A stretch of 64,000 nt of DNA from Stylophora pistillata. Lineage: Eukaryota. Position 1 is the stretch's first letter; every line of letters starts with the position of its first letter. Below, piece by piece: positions 53,301-64,000 of the stretch. The stretch covers positions 190,959 through 254,958 of the forward strand of contig NW_019217934.1 in NCBI RefSeq assembly GCF_002571385.2, read 5' to 3'. The notes under the pieces were generated by a model that did no database searches, was not told where the DNA came from, and worked only from the letters and a program-made list of their open reading frames with translations. Position numbers and translations under genes: made by a program.

Positions 53301-56300
53301 CCTATATTTTTTTGTTCTTTAAATCTGTTTTATTCATTTCTGAATCATGGGAGCATCTTGTTCAGACTGAGGTGAATTTCATACTCCTGTTCTGCTACCT
53401 ACTATATAAAATTATTTTCACCACCCAAAAGAGTGTTCATTTTTTTTGTCCAATTAATTATCCCTTTCACCATTCTACAGGGGATAAAGTACCTCTTCAT
53501 CATCAATGTCAAGAGGATCTGCTTCATCCACAGATGGGATCATCAACAGAGGTTTTTCTGTGGTGGAAAACATGAATTCCCACTTGGATGCATCACCCAG
53601 ATCATAAACAAGATCCTGTGAAGAAAACAAAAACAAAGTCATCCCAATGGTACACAAACAAGATAGAAACTGTAAAAGTATAATGACTACCAAAAAATAA
53701 ATGTCTAGTACACCATAAATTTTCTTGATTGACGTCTGAGTCCAAGTAACTGTGCAACCACCCCTCCCCTAGCACAACATGAAACTTAACTTGTCATCAG
53801 TTGAATATTGTTGGGTTAGGGGGGAGGGGTAAGTGGGTAGTTGCTCAGAGACTGACATTGCATGATCCAATTTTTTCACAATTATTAAAATGGAAACCTA
53901 CAAAAAATGCACAAATTTCCAGCTTAATTTTTGACATAAATGCTGCCATCAATAGATTTTCAAGGCCATGTCTACTGATCTGCAAACATATTCACCCCTT
54001 CCTACCTGAACACCGTGTGAGCAGTCCTGCATGTTGACCCAATAATTCTTGTGATTCCAAACACTTTCAATACCAAGATAAACATTATGGGTGACAGGGT
54101 GACAAACACCTGTCAGAGTCTCAATGAAGAAGCTTTCAGGAACCTCTCGTTTTCCTGATAGGACTAACACCCAGGAGTGCACCCTTAAACCATGCAGCTT
54201 GTCTGGCTTTGGCTTTTCAAGCTCCTACAAAGTATAAGTTAATATGAACAGAAATGATATTTTACAAGTACTAACTTGAAAAGATTTGGTGTCATTAAGT
54301 GGAGTAGTTTTTCATTCTGTAGTGCTTTTTTTTCTTCTTGATCCATATTAACTATTCTCTGATGGAACATAAAATAATCTAAGGGCAAGAACAAGGTTGA
54401 TTTCAGAGAAAAAAGCCAGTCTATGCTATATGGAAGTCATTAATCAAGGAGGGATCCACTTTAAATTTATCAAATGCCTATTTAAGCCATTTTTATTAAA
54501 ACTAACACTTGTTAGACCATTACAAATTGTCAGAAGGTTCAGTCTGTTTGATTATAGTACAGGTAACTGGTTGAGGTTTGGAGTTCTATTATCAACTTGT
54601 GCAAAAAAAATATCATTATCTAGACCCTTACTTAAGCTAAAACTTACAGCAATTCTGGCATTTTCTTCATCCTGTCGCTTCTTTTCCTTTCCATCTTCTT
54701 CTGCTTTCTTCTTTGCCTCAATTTTAGCTTCAAACTTGCTTCTTAAATCTTTGGAAGGTTTCACAGTGTACTTTTTAACTTCTTTTTTCACCTCTTCTTT
54801 TGTTACCTTGGTTTTTAACAAAACAACCCAAAATCAAGGTATTCATTTTTTTCATCACACTTCTTGACTAACTGTAAGTATATGTCAAGTGTTAAGCACA
54901 TACACAAGGCTCAAAGTGACAGCCAGTCAGTGGGCAATGTCTGCTCAGATATAGCTTTTGTCCAGTCAACTCTGTGAATGGCCGAACATTTTGTCTGGTT
55001 GTTAAAGTATGTAGATAGATAGATACACTTTATTAATTTTAGAGAGGGTGGCACGGAATAGTTGAAGTGGCCCTCTATAACACCCACCCATCCCACCCCA
55101 GGGGAGGACATCCACCACACAGCAATCTTGTGTGTGGGAAATTAATGTCTCCTACCCCTAACCCTGCAGGAGACAGAGCCTATGGTTTATTCATCCTTAT
55201 CCGAGAAGACTAGAATATCTATCCATTTCTTGACATTATAGAAAGGTAGCAAATTCTCCTCAGTTATTTTAAGAACTTGAGTNTTGGTCCGGCCTGGGCT
55301 CAAACCCTAGACCTCCCGCTCAACACAATCCGGCACTCTAACCAATTGAGCTAACCAGGGGAGGGGGGGGGCGGTTGTAAAGAAGAACTTACTTCTGAGC
55401 TTAGTTAACATTTTAAAAACAGCTGTCAGTATCACTTTTCTTGCATTGAGTTTGAGGCTGCATGTATAATGAAAGCATGATAAATATGCTCGTTTTATGA
55501 GGGAGGGGGGAGTAATCATTGAGATATAACAAGACAGATTTCATAATATCATCTGCCTGAAGAGACATATCTTGACATACCTCATCTTTTTTCCTCAGAA
55601 GAGGGCATATTTCCCTTGTTTCATCCATAAGTGTTGTTTCTCTGGTTGCATATCCACAGACACAGTAAGCATCATAACCCGCCCCAATCAGCAAAGAACA
55701 CAGCAGCACACTAAAGTCAAAACAGTTTCCCTTTTGACGAGTTAGGATAGTTGTTGGTGATACCAGTTCACTTGGCTGACAACAAAGAAGGTGATATCAG
55801 GTTAATCCTACAGCTAGGTATATCAGTGATACAATTTGGCACACATGCAACATGACCCACCCTACTCTAGCATGAAGTAATGGAAGTTTCGCCAGTCTCT
55901 CATGGCATATTGGTCAATTGCACCCTTCGTGTACCTCCTTTTTAACACTATTTTTATTGGGCCTCTCTAACTCATGAACCCTATGTCTCCCTCTTCTGCC
56001 CCTGGAGTAACAGAGAGGGGTCAGAAATAGGAGAGACCTGGGAAAGAAGGTTAAGAGTCCTGGGTGAAGTTCAAGAGGCATGGAAAGGTTAAGTGTCATA
56101 TCCAAGAATGCAAAAAATGACCTCATCAGGGAAGAAATTCACTAGATCTTTTGATCCAGTTTTTGTTTTGTAAAGCGTTAGGCTAAATTTCTCTGCAGGT
56201 GTAAATATCAGCAACCACAATAATCAGAACTCATCCCTAACAGAAGATACAGTGAATAAAACACCAAACATTGTACAAGCTGTATCAACATTTACATGTA

Positions 56301-59300
56301 ACTTGTTGACTGAATCTAATATATAAGAAAACACAATGTGTTATAATAACACATTATGTTTTCTTATACATTAGATTCAGTTAACAATACATCCTTTGAA
56401 CATTGAAATAAGGTACATAAGGAAACATTTTATTTGTTTAAAAAAATAGACTTACCAAGTCAATTGGTGGATCTAAGGGAACAAATGTTAAATAGTCAGA
56501 AACAAACTGTGCACAGCCATCATAATCATAGACCTCCTTGTACGCCAGTAGAGTCGGGCGAAGCGTTGTACATACAAATTTCTAAACCAGAAAAATTTGC
56601 ACATATTAATAATAATAATAATAATAATAACGAACTTTTATACAGGATTGAAAACCCATCAGTGTGTAACACTGTTGTCCTTGGGGTCCTGTCAAAATAA
56701 TAAATAAATAAATAAAATAAAACTTAACAAGATATAATCATTGATCTTAAGGTCTAGAAAAGCATACAATAAAATAAAATGCTCTGAAAAAGGATACCTA
56801 TAACCACGTTTAGATCGAATTTTTAACTAAAATAATCTCGCAATTTGTTCTTAAATTTCAGTCTCGAATCTAACGACCTTAGTTCAGCAGGCAGGTTGTT
56901 GAAAGTCTTTGCTCCTTGGTAATAGAAGCTCTTTTTACCAAATTCTAAACGTACTTTGGGTAATTTCACTGATATACCGTTATTCCTAGTGGCCTTAGAA
57001 TGAACCAGTCTTTCGAAGTAGTTCTTAAAGGGTGTGCAAACATTATTCAGGAGACAGTCGAAAACAAACAAACAGCTTTTACGCTTGATCAAATTGTTCA
57101 CGGATGGGGGATTAAAAGAACTATTGCCAATAACTTTAAAGCCTCGTCGTTCGATGTTCTTTATCATTTCCTTTCGGTAATCCGGAAAGCTAAGACCAAG
57201 TGTTCCGCAATAGGTAAAAATAGGTGCGATCATAGTGTTATAGATCGATTCTGCACACTTTTGGTCGATCAAAGGACGAATTGATCGCAAGAGATTAATT
57301 CTGGTTGCAGCTTTTTTATAGATTCGGTCAAAATGTGATGCAAGGTTTAGTGATGAGTCAAGGTGAACACCTAAGTACTTATAGGTAGAGGTGTTATTGA
57401 TGAGTGTCCCATTAACAGAAAGTTTAAGTTCCTTGTCTTGAAGGTTGATTCTTTTAGCTGTTCCAAATAACATAGACTCCGTCTTGTCCTTTTTTAGGTT
57501 AATGATCAGTTCGTTGTCTTTAAACCACTCGCACAGGTTATTCATATCCTCGCTAAGGCTTCTCTGTATAGTATCAATATCTTTAGAAGAGGTATAGATG
57601 ACTGAATCGTCGGCATAAGTGATAATCTTCGAGTGTTGAAGCGGTTTATGTACATCGTTGAAAAAGATAATGAATAAGATAGGACCCAGGATACTTCCCT
57701 GAGGAACACCTGTGAGAATGGGTTGAGGTTCTGATAGCACGCCTTTATATTGGACAACTTGTGATCTGCAGAAAAGGTAATCAGTGAACCATGCGAGTTC
57801 TGTTCCACGAACTCCGTAAGTTGAAAGCTTGCTCAGGAGGCCAGAGTGACTGATGGTGTCAAACGCCTTTGATAGATCGATGAAAACACAGCCTGTCAGG
57901 TTACCATTCTCACCTTCTCTTCTGATAACATCGGTTAGATGAGTAACGGCCAGTTCAGTAGAGCGCATGCGACGGAAGCCGTACTGAAAATGAGAAAGTA
58001 GACCATTCTGTTCAAAATGAGCCATCAGCTGCTTAAATACCACTTTCTCCAGGATCTTTGACATTGAAGGAAGTATTGAAATAGGCCTATAATTGTCGAT
58101 TTCGGCCATTGAACCAGATTTAAAAAGTGGTACAATTTTAGCCGCTTTCCAGTCAGTAGGTATAGACCCTGTTGCGAGAGACAGGTTAATTATATGCGTG
58201 AGAGGCTTGGCTATTATATCAGCAGAGTCCTTTAACATTCCAGAAGGAAAGTTGTCAAGGCCAGAGGACTTATTTCTCTTAAGGCTCTTTAATGCATTAA
58301 AGACAACCTTATCCGAGACTGATCTAAACTCAAAGTTCTCTAGCGGCTGCTGAGTGTCTATTGTAAGGGGCCTTTTCCAGACAAAATTACAAAGAGGGAA
58401 GATCTTTCTTTTTAGAGATCCCGCAACATCAGTGAAGAATTTGCAGAACGAATTTGCAATAACCTCTTTGTCGGTTTCTACTGCTCCATTAACGAGAAAA
58501 GCTGCTCCTGGTTCCTTTGTAGACTTTGTAGGGTATAGTTTTTTAATAGCTGACCAAAATTTGTTAGGTGAACCCACAGTCTCCTCTAAGAGTTCACGGT
58601 GATACCTGCTTTTGCNACCTTAGTTCAGCAGGCAGGTTGTTGAAAGTCTTTGCTCCTTGGTAATAGAAGCTCTTTTTACCAAATTCTAAACGTACTTTGG
58701 GTAATTTCACTGATATACCGTTATTCCTAGTGGCCTTAGAATGAACCAGTCTTTCGAAGTAGTTCTTAAAGGGTGTGCAAACATTATTCAGGAGACAGTC
58801 GAAAACAAACAAACAGCTTTTACGCTTGATCAAATTGTTCACGGATGGGGGATTAAAAGAACTATTGCCAATAACTTTAAAGCCTCGTCGTTCGATGTTC
58901 TTTATCATTTCCTTTCGGTAATCCGGAAAGCTAAGACCAAGTGTTCCGCAATAGGTAAAAATAGGTGCGATCATAGTGTTATAGATCGATTCTGCACACT
59001 TTTGGTCGATCAAAGGACGAATTGATCGCAAGAGATTAATTCTGGTTGCAGCTTTTTTATAGATTCGGTCAAAATGTGATGCAAGGTTTAGTGATGAGTC
59101 AAGGTGAACACCTAAGTACTTATAGGTAGAGGTGTTATTGATGAGTGTCCCATTAACAGAAAGTTTAAGTTCCTTGTCTTGAAGGTTGATTCTTTTAGCT
59201 GTTCCAAATAACATAGACTCCGTCTTGTCCTTTTTTAGGTTAATGATCAGTTCGTTGTCTTTAAACCACTCGCACAGGTTATTCATATCCTCGCTAAGGC

Positions 59301-62300
59301 TTCTCTGTATAGTATCAATATCTTTAGAAGAGGTATAGATGACTGAATCGTCGGCATAAGTGATAATCTTCGAGTGTTGAAGCGGTTTATGTACATCGTT
59401 GAAAAAGATAATGAATAAGATAGGACCCAGGATACTTCCCTGAGGAACACCTGTGAGAATGGGTTGAGGTTCTGATAGCACGCCTTTATATTGGACAACT
59501 TGTGATCTGCAGAAAAGGTAATCAGTGAACCATGCGAGTTCTGTTCCACGAACTCCGTAAGTTGAAAGCTTGCTCAGGAGGCCAGAGTGACTGATGGTGT
59601 CAAACGCCTTTGATAGATCGATGAAAACACAGCCTGTCAGGTTACCATTCTCACCTTCTCTTCTGATAACATCGGTTAGATGAGTAACGGCCAGTTCAGT
59701 AGAGCGCATGCGACGGAAGCCGTACTGAAAATGAGAAAGTAGACCATTCTGTTCAAAATGAGCCATCAGCTGCTTAAATACCACTTTCTCCAGGATCTTT
59801 GACATTGAAGGAAGTATTGAAATAGGCCTATAATTGTCGATTTCGGCCATTGAACCAGATTTAAAAAGTGGTACAATTTTAGCCGCTTTCCAGTCAGTAG
59901 GTATAGACCCTGTTGCGAGAGACAGGTTAATTATATGCGTGAGAGGCTTGGCTATTATATCAGCAGAGTCCTTTAACATTCCAGAAGGAAAGTTGTCAAG
60001 GCCAGAGGACTTATTTCTCTTAAGGCTCTTTAATGCATTAAAGACAACCTTATCCGAGACTGATCTAAACTCAAAGTTCTCTAGCGGCTGCTGAGTGTCT
60101 ATTGTAAGGGGCCTTTTCCAGACAAAATTACAAAGAGGGAAGATCTTTCTTTTTAGAGATCCCGCAACATCAGTGAAGAATTTGCAGAACGAATTTGCAA
60201 TAACCTCTTTGTCGGTTTCTACTGCTCCATTAACGAGAAAAGCTGCTCCTGGTTCCTTTGTAGACTTTGTAGGGTATAGTTTTTTAATAGCTGACCAAAA
60301 TTTGTTAGGTGAACCCACAGTCTCCTCTAAGAGTTCACGGTGATACCTGCTTTTGCAATTTTTTACCATACCGTTAACTTTGTTTCGTTGGCGCTTGTAC
60401 GAAGACCAGTCAATTTCACGATTTGTCTTTCTCGCTTTTCTCAAAAGCTGATCTTTGGTATTCATTTCTTGCTTTACCTTCTGTGTAAGCCATGGGCAGA
60501 GTTTCCCTTTGATCCTCTTCTTTATAGCTGGCGCATGCTTATCAATACATTTTTTCAGAATGGCTTTCAAAAAAGACCATGCTTCATTAACACAGGAGGA
60601 TTTAAAGACAGGTGTGAGACTATTGGACCGTAAATCATTGCAAAAGGATATAGGATCATAATTAGCATAGTTTCGACAGGTGATGGTTCTTGGCTGGAAT
60701 TTATGGTTATGCAGCTTCCGGACACAACCAATCATATCATGGTCACTTAAGCCGGCGGGAATGGTTTTAACACTATAAACATTCTGAGGGCGATTTGTGT
60801 AAATCACATCTAGCAGTGTTTTTGAATCTTGCGTTACCCTCGTGGGATCCTTGATTAGCTGTTTAAGGCCAAAAGACAATAGCATTGCCTTCAGTTCTTT
60901 GTTGTCTGAGCTTACCAAATAATTGCAGTTGATATCGCCTGTCAAAATGCATTCTTTGTTTTCAGATGATACAGCAGAAAGCATCGACTCCAGTTTATTT
61001 TCAAAATCTGCACAAAGATGCTTTGAAGAACTCGGGGGGCGATAAATAAAACCAATAAGGATACCCTTAGATTTTGGAAATAGAATTTCTATCCAGATAC
61101 ATTCGATCCCATCGCGTTCCAGGTCTAGTCTTCTATGAAAGGGGACAGAAGAGGAGATATAAACTCCCACACCTCCACCTTTGCCTGTTTTCCTCGGTCT
61201 ATTAATGAACGTATAGCCATCCAGTTGAACTTGAGCCTCTTCACTGTCCGATAGATGAGTCTCACTGAGGGATATGATGTCTATATGCTTGGAATCATCG
61301 ATCATTTGGCATAGACTATCCTTATTCGCCACGAGGCCTCTGATATTTTGATGAATAATTTTAAGCCCATTTTTCGTTGACAAATCCCGAAGATCAGACA
61401 GGATGTCATGTGAACTAGAGGAGCCAACAGGACCAGGTTGAAGTTCAACATCATTTGCGAGACGAATAAGTAGTAAGGAAAGAGAGGAATTAATCGTAAA
61501 ACGGCATCCAAGGAGTAGAAGTCTTGAATTCGGCAGCTGGAGATTCTTTGCATGTTGCGAGCTCGGTGACCGATGGTTAAAATGTTGAATTTTCACTGTC
61601 GTCAGACCGTGAGAAATGAAGAGAAGAGTATCACCAGATATATCGAGGTCAGGATTAGTCTTGGGAAGGAGTGCACCAGAGAAACAAACGTAGAAATAAA
61701 GCAGAATGATCCAGTATCTAAGAGCTCTAAAAACGTGACCGTCCGCCATATTAGTTTTTAAATTATCCAGTATTTATTTTAAATGAAATGCAGCAATCTA
61801 GTTCAGAACAATTCATAAGTCTCATGTGTGTTTAGTTAGCTTAATCTCTCGGACAGGAGTACGTAAGTATTTAATATATTTTCACTACAAAACAGGGAAA
61901 ATCTTAATTCAAAGAAAAGTTAAGGGGTTTCTGTCGAAATGATGATTGTTCTCTTGTTAATTTTTCGCTGTGGTAGTTCCCCTGTCCTATTACCTCAATT
62001 CCACATTCATTCACAGGATTTAGGAACAATGGCTTGCGATCACGATAGAGGTGAACAAATTGACGTCTGAAATTTTCACAAAATGACAGCAGAAGCTTCT
62101 CTTTTGGGGTATTAGACTTGTAGGAATCAGGAAGAGAGGCCCTGCGTGCATCTTTGTTTCTGCAAGAGATCAGAAAATATATGTTGAATGTACATAGATT
62201 TTGTACATAAGTTTGATTTTTGTGTCACAATAATTAAATGAAGGATTATTCCAGCGGCACACTTTATCATAGTACAGAGGACACAAGCCCGGTCTTTAAG

Positions 62301-62534
62301 GGGGAAGGGGGACTCTTTAACAAGGATGATCTAAGAAGTTCTTATGTGCGCCCCTGCATACATGTACAAGAAATCGCCTTGCTGTAGGTGAATGCATTAA
62401 GAGATCGATTCGTACTCAAACTTGCACTCTGGAAATTATAAGCTGAGGTGAGAGATGACAAGAACTCACGGTAGTGAACTGATATCTGGTGCAGTAACTT
62501 GAATTTTTGCTAATTCCTTCTTCAGGGACTCCAT
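47437..62534 (-). CDS. DRC7: Dynein regulatory complex subunit 7 (CCDC135/Lobo), transglutaminase-like domain
   Basis: ENFRRQFVHLYRDRKPLFLNPVNECGIEKFVCTTLRPT, QKGNCFDFSVLLCSLLIGAGYDAYCVCGYATRE, LHGLRVHSWVLVLSGKREVPESFFIE, YLGIESVWNHKNYWVNMQ, and C-terminal RHKELAPQKY. Approximate exons: 62470-62534, 61994-62159, 56456-56582, 55581-55775, 54648-54808, 54006-54224, 53491-53616, 53107-53177, 52789-52918, 52481-52609, 51938-52000, 51377-51470, 50753-50968, 49802-49912, 49586-49696, 48906-49100, 48220-48360, 47437-47518. Confidence 0.92.
50290..50732 (-). repeat. Dispersed repeat homologous to 22200-22660, with imperfect palindrome at 50305-50420
   Basis: Shared sequence with 22400-22657; arms GTAGTATCGCTGAGTATTT / AAATACTCAGCGATACTAC. 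Confidence 0.65.
55008..55365 (-). mobile_element. tRNA-derived SINE (same family as 36403 and 37780)
   Basis: Minus strand reads GGTTAGCTCAATTGGTTAGAGTG...GGTTTGAGCCC, has the same core, and ends in (TATC)n. Confidence 0.8.
56304..56386. repeat. Near-perfect ~83-bp AT-rich hairpin/palindrome
   Basis: TGTTGACTGAATCTAATATATAAGAAAACACAATGTGTTA-TAA-TAACACATTATGTTTTCTTATACATTAGATTCAGTTAACA. Confidence 0.8.
56606..61870 (-). mobile_element. CR1/L2-group non-LTR retrotransposon (APE endonuclease + RT) in DRC7 intron 2
   Basis: The ORF from 61749 has APE motifs (HQNIRGL, LSETHL, YRPP, GDIN, LDVI, SDH) and RT motifs (NYRPISIL, FIDLSKAFDT, GVPQGSILGP, YADD, YLGV). The stop is at 56823, followed by a 3' UTR and a (TTA)n tail at ~56606-56629. 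The 5' boundary is approximate. Confidence 0.93.
58594..61749 (-). CDS. LINE ORF (leader + 2A-like motif + APE + RT); true C-terminus lies in the duplicate copy (stop 56823)
   Basis: Uninterrupted reading frame of more than 1040 codons up to the N at 58617. Confidence 0.85.
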   Translation of the reverse strand: MADGHVFRALRYWIILLYFYVCFSGALLPKTNPDLDISGDTLLFISHGLTTVKIQHFNHRSPSSQHAKNLQLPNSRLLLLGCRFTINSSLSLLLIRLANDVELQPGPVGSSSSHDILSDLRDLSTKNGLKIIHQNIRGLVANKDSLCQMIDDSKHIDIISLSETHLSDSEEAQVQLDGYTFINRPRKTGKGGGVGVYISSSVPFHRRLDLERDGIECIWIEILFPKSKGILIGFIYRPPSSSKHLCADFENKLESMLSAVSSENKECILTGDINCNYLVSSDNKELKAMLLSFGLKQLIKDPTRVTQDSKTLLDVIYTNRPQNVYSVKTIPAGLSDHDMIGCVRKLHNHKFQPRTITCRNYANYDPISFCNDLRSNSLTPVFKSSCVNEAWSFLKAILKKCIDKHAPAIKKRIKGKLCPWLTQKVKQEMNTKDQLLRKARKTNREIDWSSYKRQRNKVNGMVKNCKSRYHRELLEETVGSPNKFWSAIKKLYPTKSTKEPGAAFLVNGAVETDKEVIANSFCKFFTDVAGSLKRKIFPLCNFVWKRPLTIDTQQPLENFEFRSVSDKVVFNALKSLKRNKSSGLDNFPSGMLKDSADIIAKPLTHIINLSLATGSIPTDWKAAKIVPLFKSGSMAEIDNYRPISILPSMSKILEKVVFKQLMAHFEQNGLLSHFQYGFRRMRSTELAVTHLTDVIRREGENGNLTGCVFIDLSKAFDTISHSGLLSKLSTYGVRGTELAWFTDYLFCRSQVVQYKGVLSEPQPILTGVPQGSILGPILFIIFFNDVHKPLQHSKIITYADDSVIYTSSKDIDTIQRSLSEDMNNLCEWFKDNELIINLKKDKTESMLFGTAKRINLQDKELKLSVNGTLINNTSTYKYLGVHLDSSLNLASHFDRIYKKAATRINLLRSIRPLIDQKCAESIYNTMIAPIFTYCGTLGLSFPDYRKEMIKNIERRGFKVIGNSSFNPPSVNNLIKRKSCLFVFDCLLNNVCTPFKNYFERLVHSKATRNNGISVKLPKVRLEFGKKSFYYQGAKTFNNLPAELRXQKQVSP

Positions 62535-62853
62535 ATCAGTCGGCTGGAATGATCACTCGCCTTAATTTAAACCCTGATTTTGCACGTTGCCTCAGAAATA
62601 ATTTCATAATTTCGATAATTTTGTTTGAATCTTCTTAGCAACGGCAACTTGGTAGCCACTTCCTTTACAAACTCGGAAAAAAGACTGAAAACGAAATACT
62701 AGGTACTAGGACCCAAACTCTCACTGGGGTTACTCGGGTGGTCCTCGCAATGTTTGCGTTCAATAAGAGATGGTTTGCTTCTGTGAGGTGGAAACCGTGA
62801 CATCCTTACTTTTATCTCTGTAAAATCCTTCGGAAGCGACTAAGCGTTACGAA
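62535..62853. promoter_or_regulatory. Bidirectional promoter DRC7/DCAF5 with RFX half-site motifs
   Basis: Divergent ATGs 319 bp apart; CTTAGCAACGGCAAC (62634-62648) and GTTGCCTCAGAAAT (62586-62599). Confidence 0.65.
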
Positions 62854-63761
62854 ATGTCGTTTAAAAATTATCCTGGGCGCGGAGGCACTGTTAGTCACCT
62901 TTCAAGCTTTCCTCAATACCAGAGCTTAGCAGAAACGTACGGCTGTTCTGCGGTACACAGGTCGTTCTTGTCAGATTACTTTGCTCGGTGCTCTAGCCTT
63001 TATCACCTTGATTTATTGGGACATTATGGTTGCGTAAATGCTGTAGAATTCTCAAATAATGGCGGAGAATTCATTGTTTCAGGTTTGGATGGGATATTTT
63101 TAGTATTATGACTTTTTTGTTTATCGTGCGCTCTTATTGGCTGATGCGAATCCATCTTGTCTTACTCAATTAATTGCATGTTTTATTCACGTGACTCGAA
63201 CCTTGTTGTAAGTGGCACTGCCAGGTGCGGCCAAAAAGCCAAAAATATCCCTCTGGATATCCAATCTTACCTCAACATAACTTTTATGTTCTCCCTTTTC
63301 TGCAAGGGAAATCCTCTTAACCCTTTAACCTTCAATGGGTGACCAAGACAGAATTTCTCCTAACAATATCAGTACAATATTAAGCAGACAAGTGATGAGA
63401 CTAAATATAAATATCAATTAGGAGATTAGTAGTTGATCCAATACCAAATTCTCAGAACTAACATTATAAGAATTGTATGGTAGACAAAGGAGAATTACTA
63501 AAGAGATCTTGGGAATAGAAGGTTGAGTGAAATTTTTGCATTGCAAAACTACATTTAAAAGGCTTAGAATAGGTCTAGTCAGGTAGAAGTTTATTTTGTT
63601 CAACCCTTTGTTTTAAGGTGGTGATGATCGTCGTGTTGTGGTATGGAACATCAAAAAGTGTGTATATGGAACTCAACCTCCTGTGTCAATGAAAGGAGAA
63701 CACAAGTCTAACATTTTTTGTACTGTTTTTGACAACGATAACAGGCACATTTTTTCTGCTG
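62854..63761 (+). CDS. DCAF5: DDB1- and CUL4-associated factor 5 (WD40), first two exons, continues beyond window
   Basis: Exons 62854-63082 and 63618-63761 give LYHLDLLGHYGCVNAVEFSNNGGEFIVSGGDDRRVVVWNI...MKGEHKSNIFCTVFDNDNRHIFSAG, matching the DCAF5/WDR22 N-terminal WD repeats. Confidence 0.88.
63318..63527 (+). mobile_element. piggyBac-like MITE in DCAF5 intron
   Basis: Starts TTAACCCTTTAACC and ends ...GGGAATAGAAGGTTGA (degenerate TIR); the body resembles the copies at 24010 and 25200. Confidence 0.6.
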
Positions 63762-64000
63762 GTAGGTTTATAATTCCTTAAGGTTCAAGAGGGATCTATT
63801 TCAAATTTCTGTTCATAATATTAGTACATAATCACAAGTACAACTTACAGGAATATTATATCAGCATCCAAATTGGATGTTATGTTTCGAATCAAGCCAC
63901 ATTTTGTTTCAGACATGAAAATTTGATGCAGTAAGCATTATGGTACCAAAGTATTTGATTGTCAATCTGTGTAGTGCAAGCATTTCTTATCAGTACTTTT

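Noticed and set aside
56823-58577. Independent second RT gene / second LINE
   Set aside because: Apparently identical to the adjacent copy and separated by one N; most likely an assembly overlap.

Overview
Eukaryotic (animal) genomic DNA with spliceosomal introns. The repeat landscape suggests a cnidarian, probably a stony coral (inference only). Six multi-exon genes can be reconstructed by eye: a vasohibin tubulin carboxypeptidase (VASH, -), TRIP11/GMAP-210 (+), CCDC61 (-), COA6 (+), DRC7/CCDC135 (-) and the 5' part of DCAF5 (+). CCDC61/COA6 and DRC7/DCAF5 are head-to-head pairs about 320 bp apart. Between VASH and TRIP11 lies a ~15 kb repeat block: a decayed BEL/Pao LTR retrotransposon truncated by a GC-rich, hairpin-rich 160-190 bp satellite with a 353 bp higher-order unit, and a second BEL element inserted into that satellite. 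A DRC7 intron holds an apparently intact CR1/L2-group LINE. Its ORF begins with a hydrophobic leader and a 2A-like motif (DVELQPGP), and its 1.74 kb tandem duplication is probably an assembly artefact. Other notable signals: four U12-type (minor spliceosome) introns (two in VASH, two in CCDC61), three Penelope-like palindromic elements with minimal hammerhead-ribozyme motifs, three tRNA-derived SINEs with different 3' tails, and several MITEs. All identifications come from motif recognition; no database search was run.
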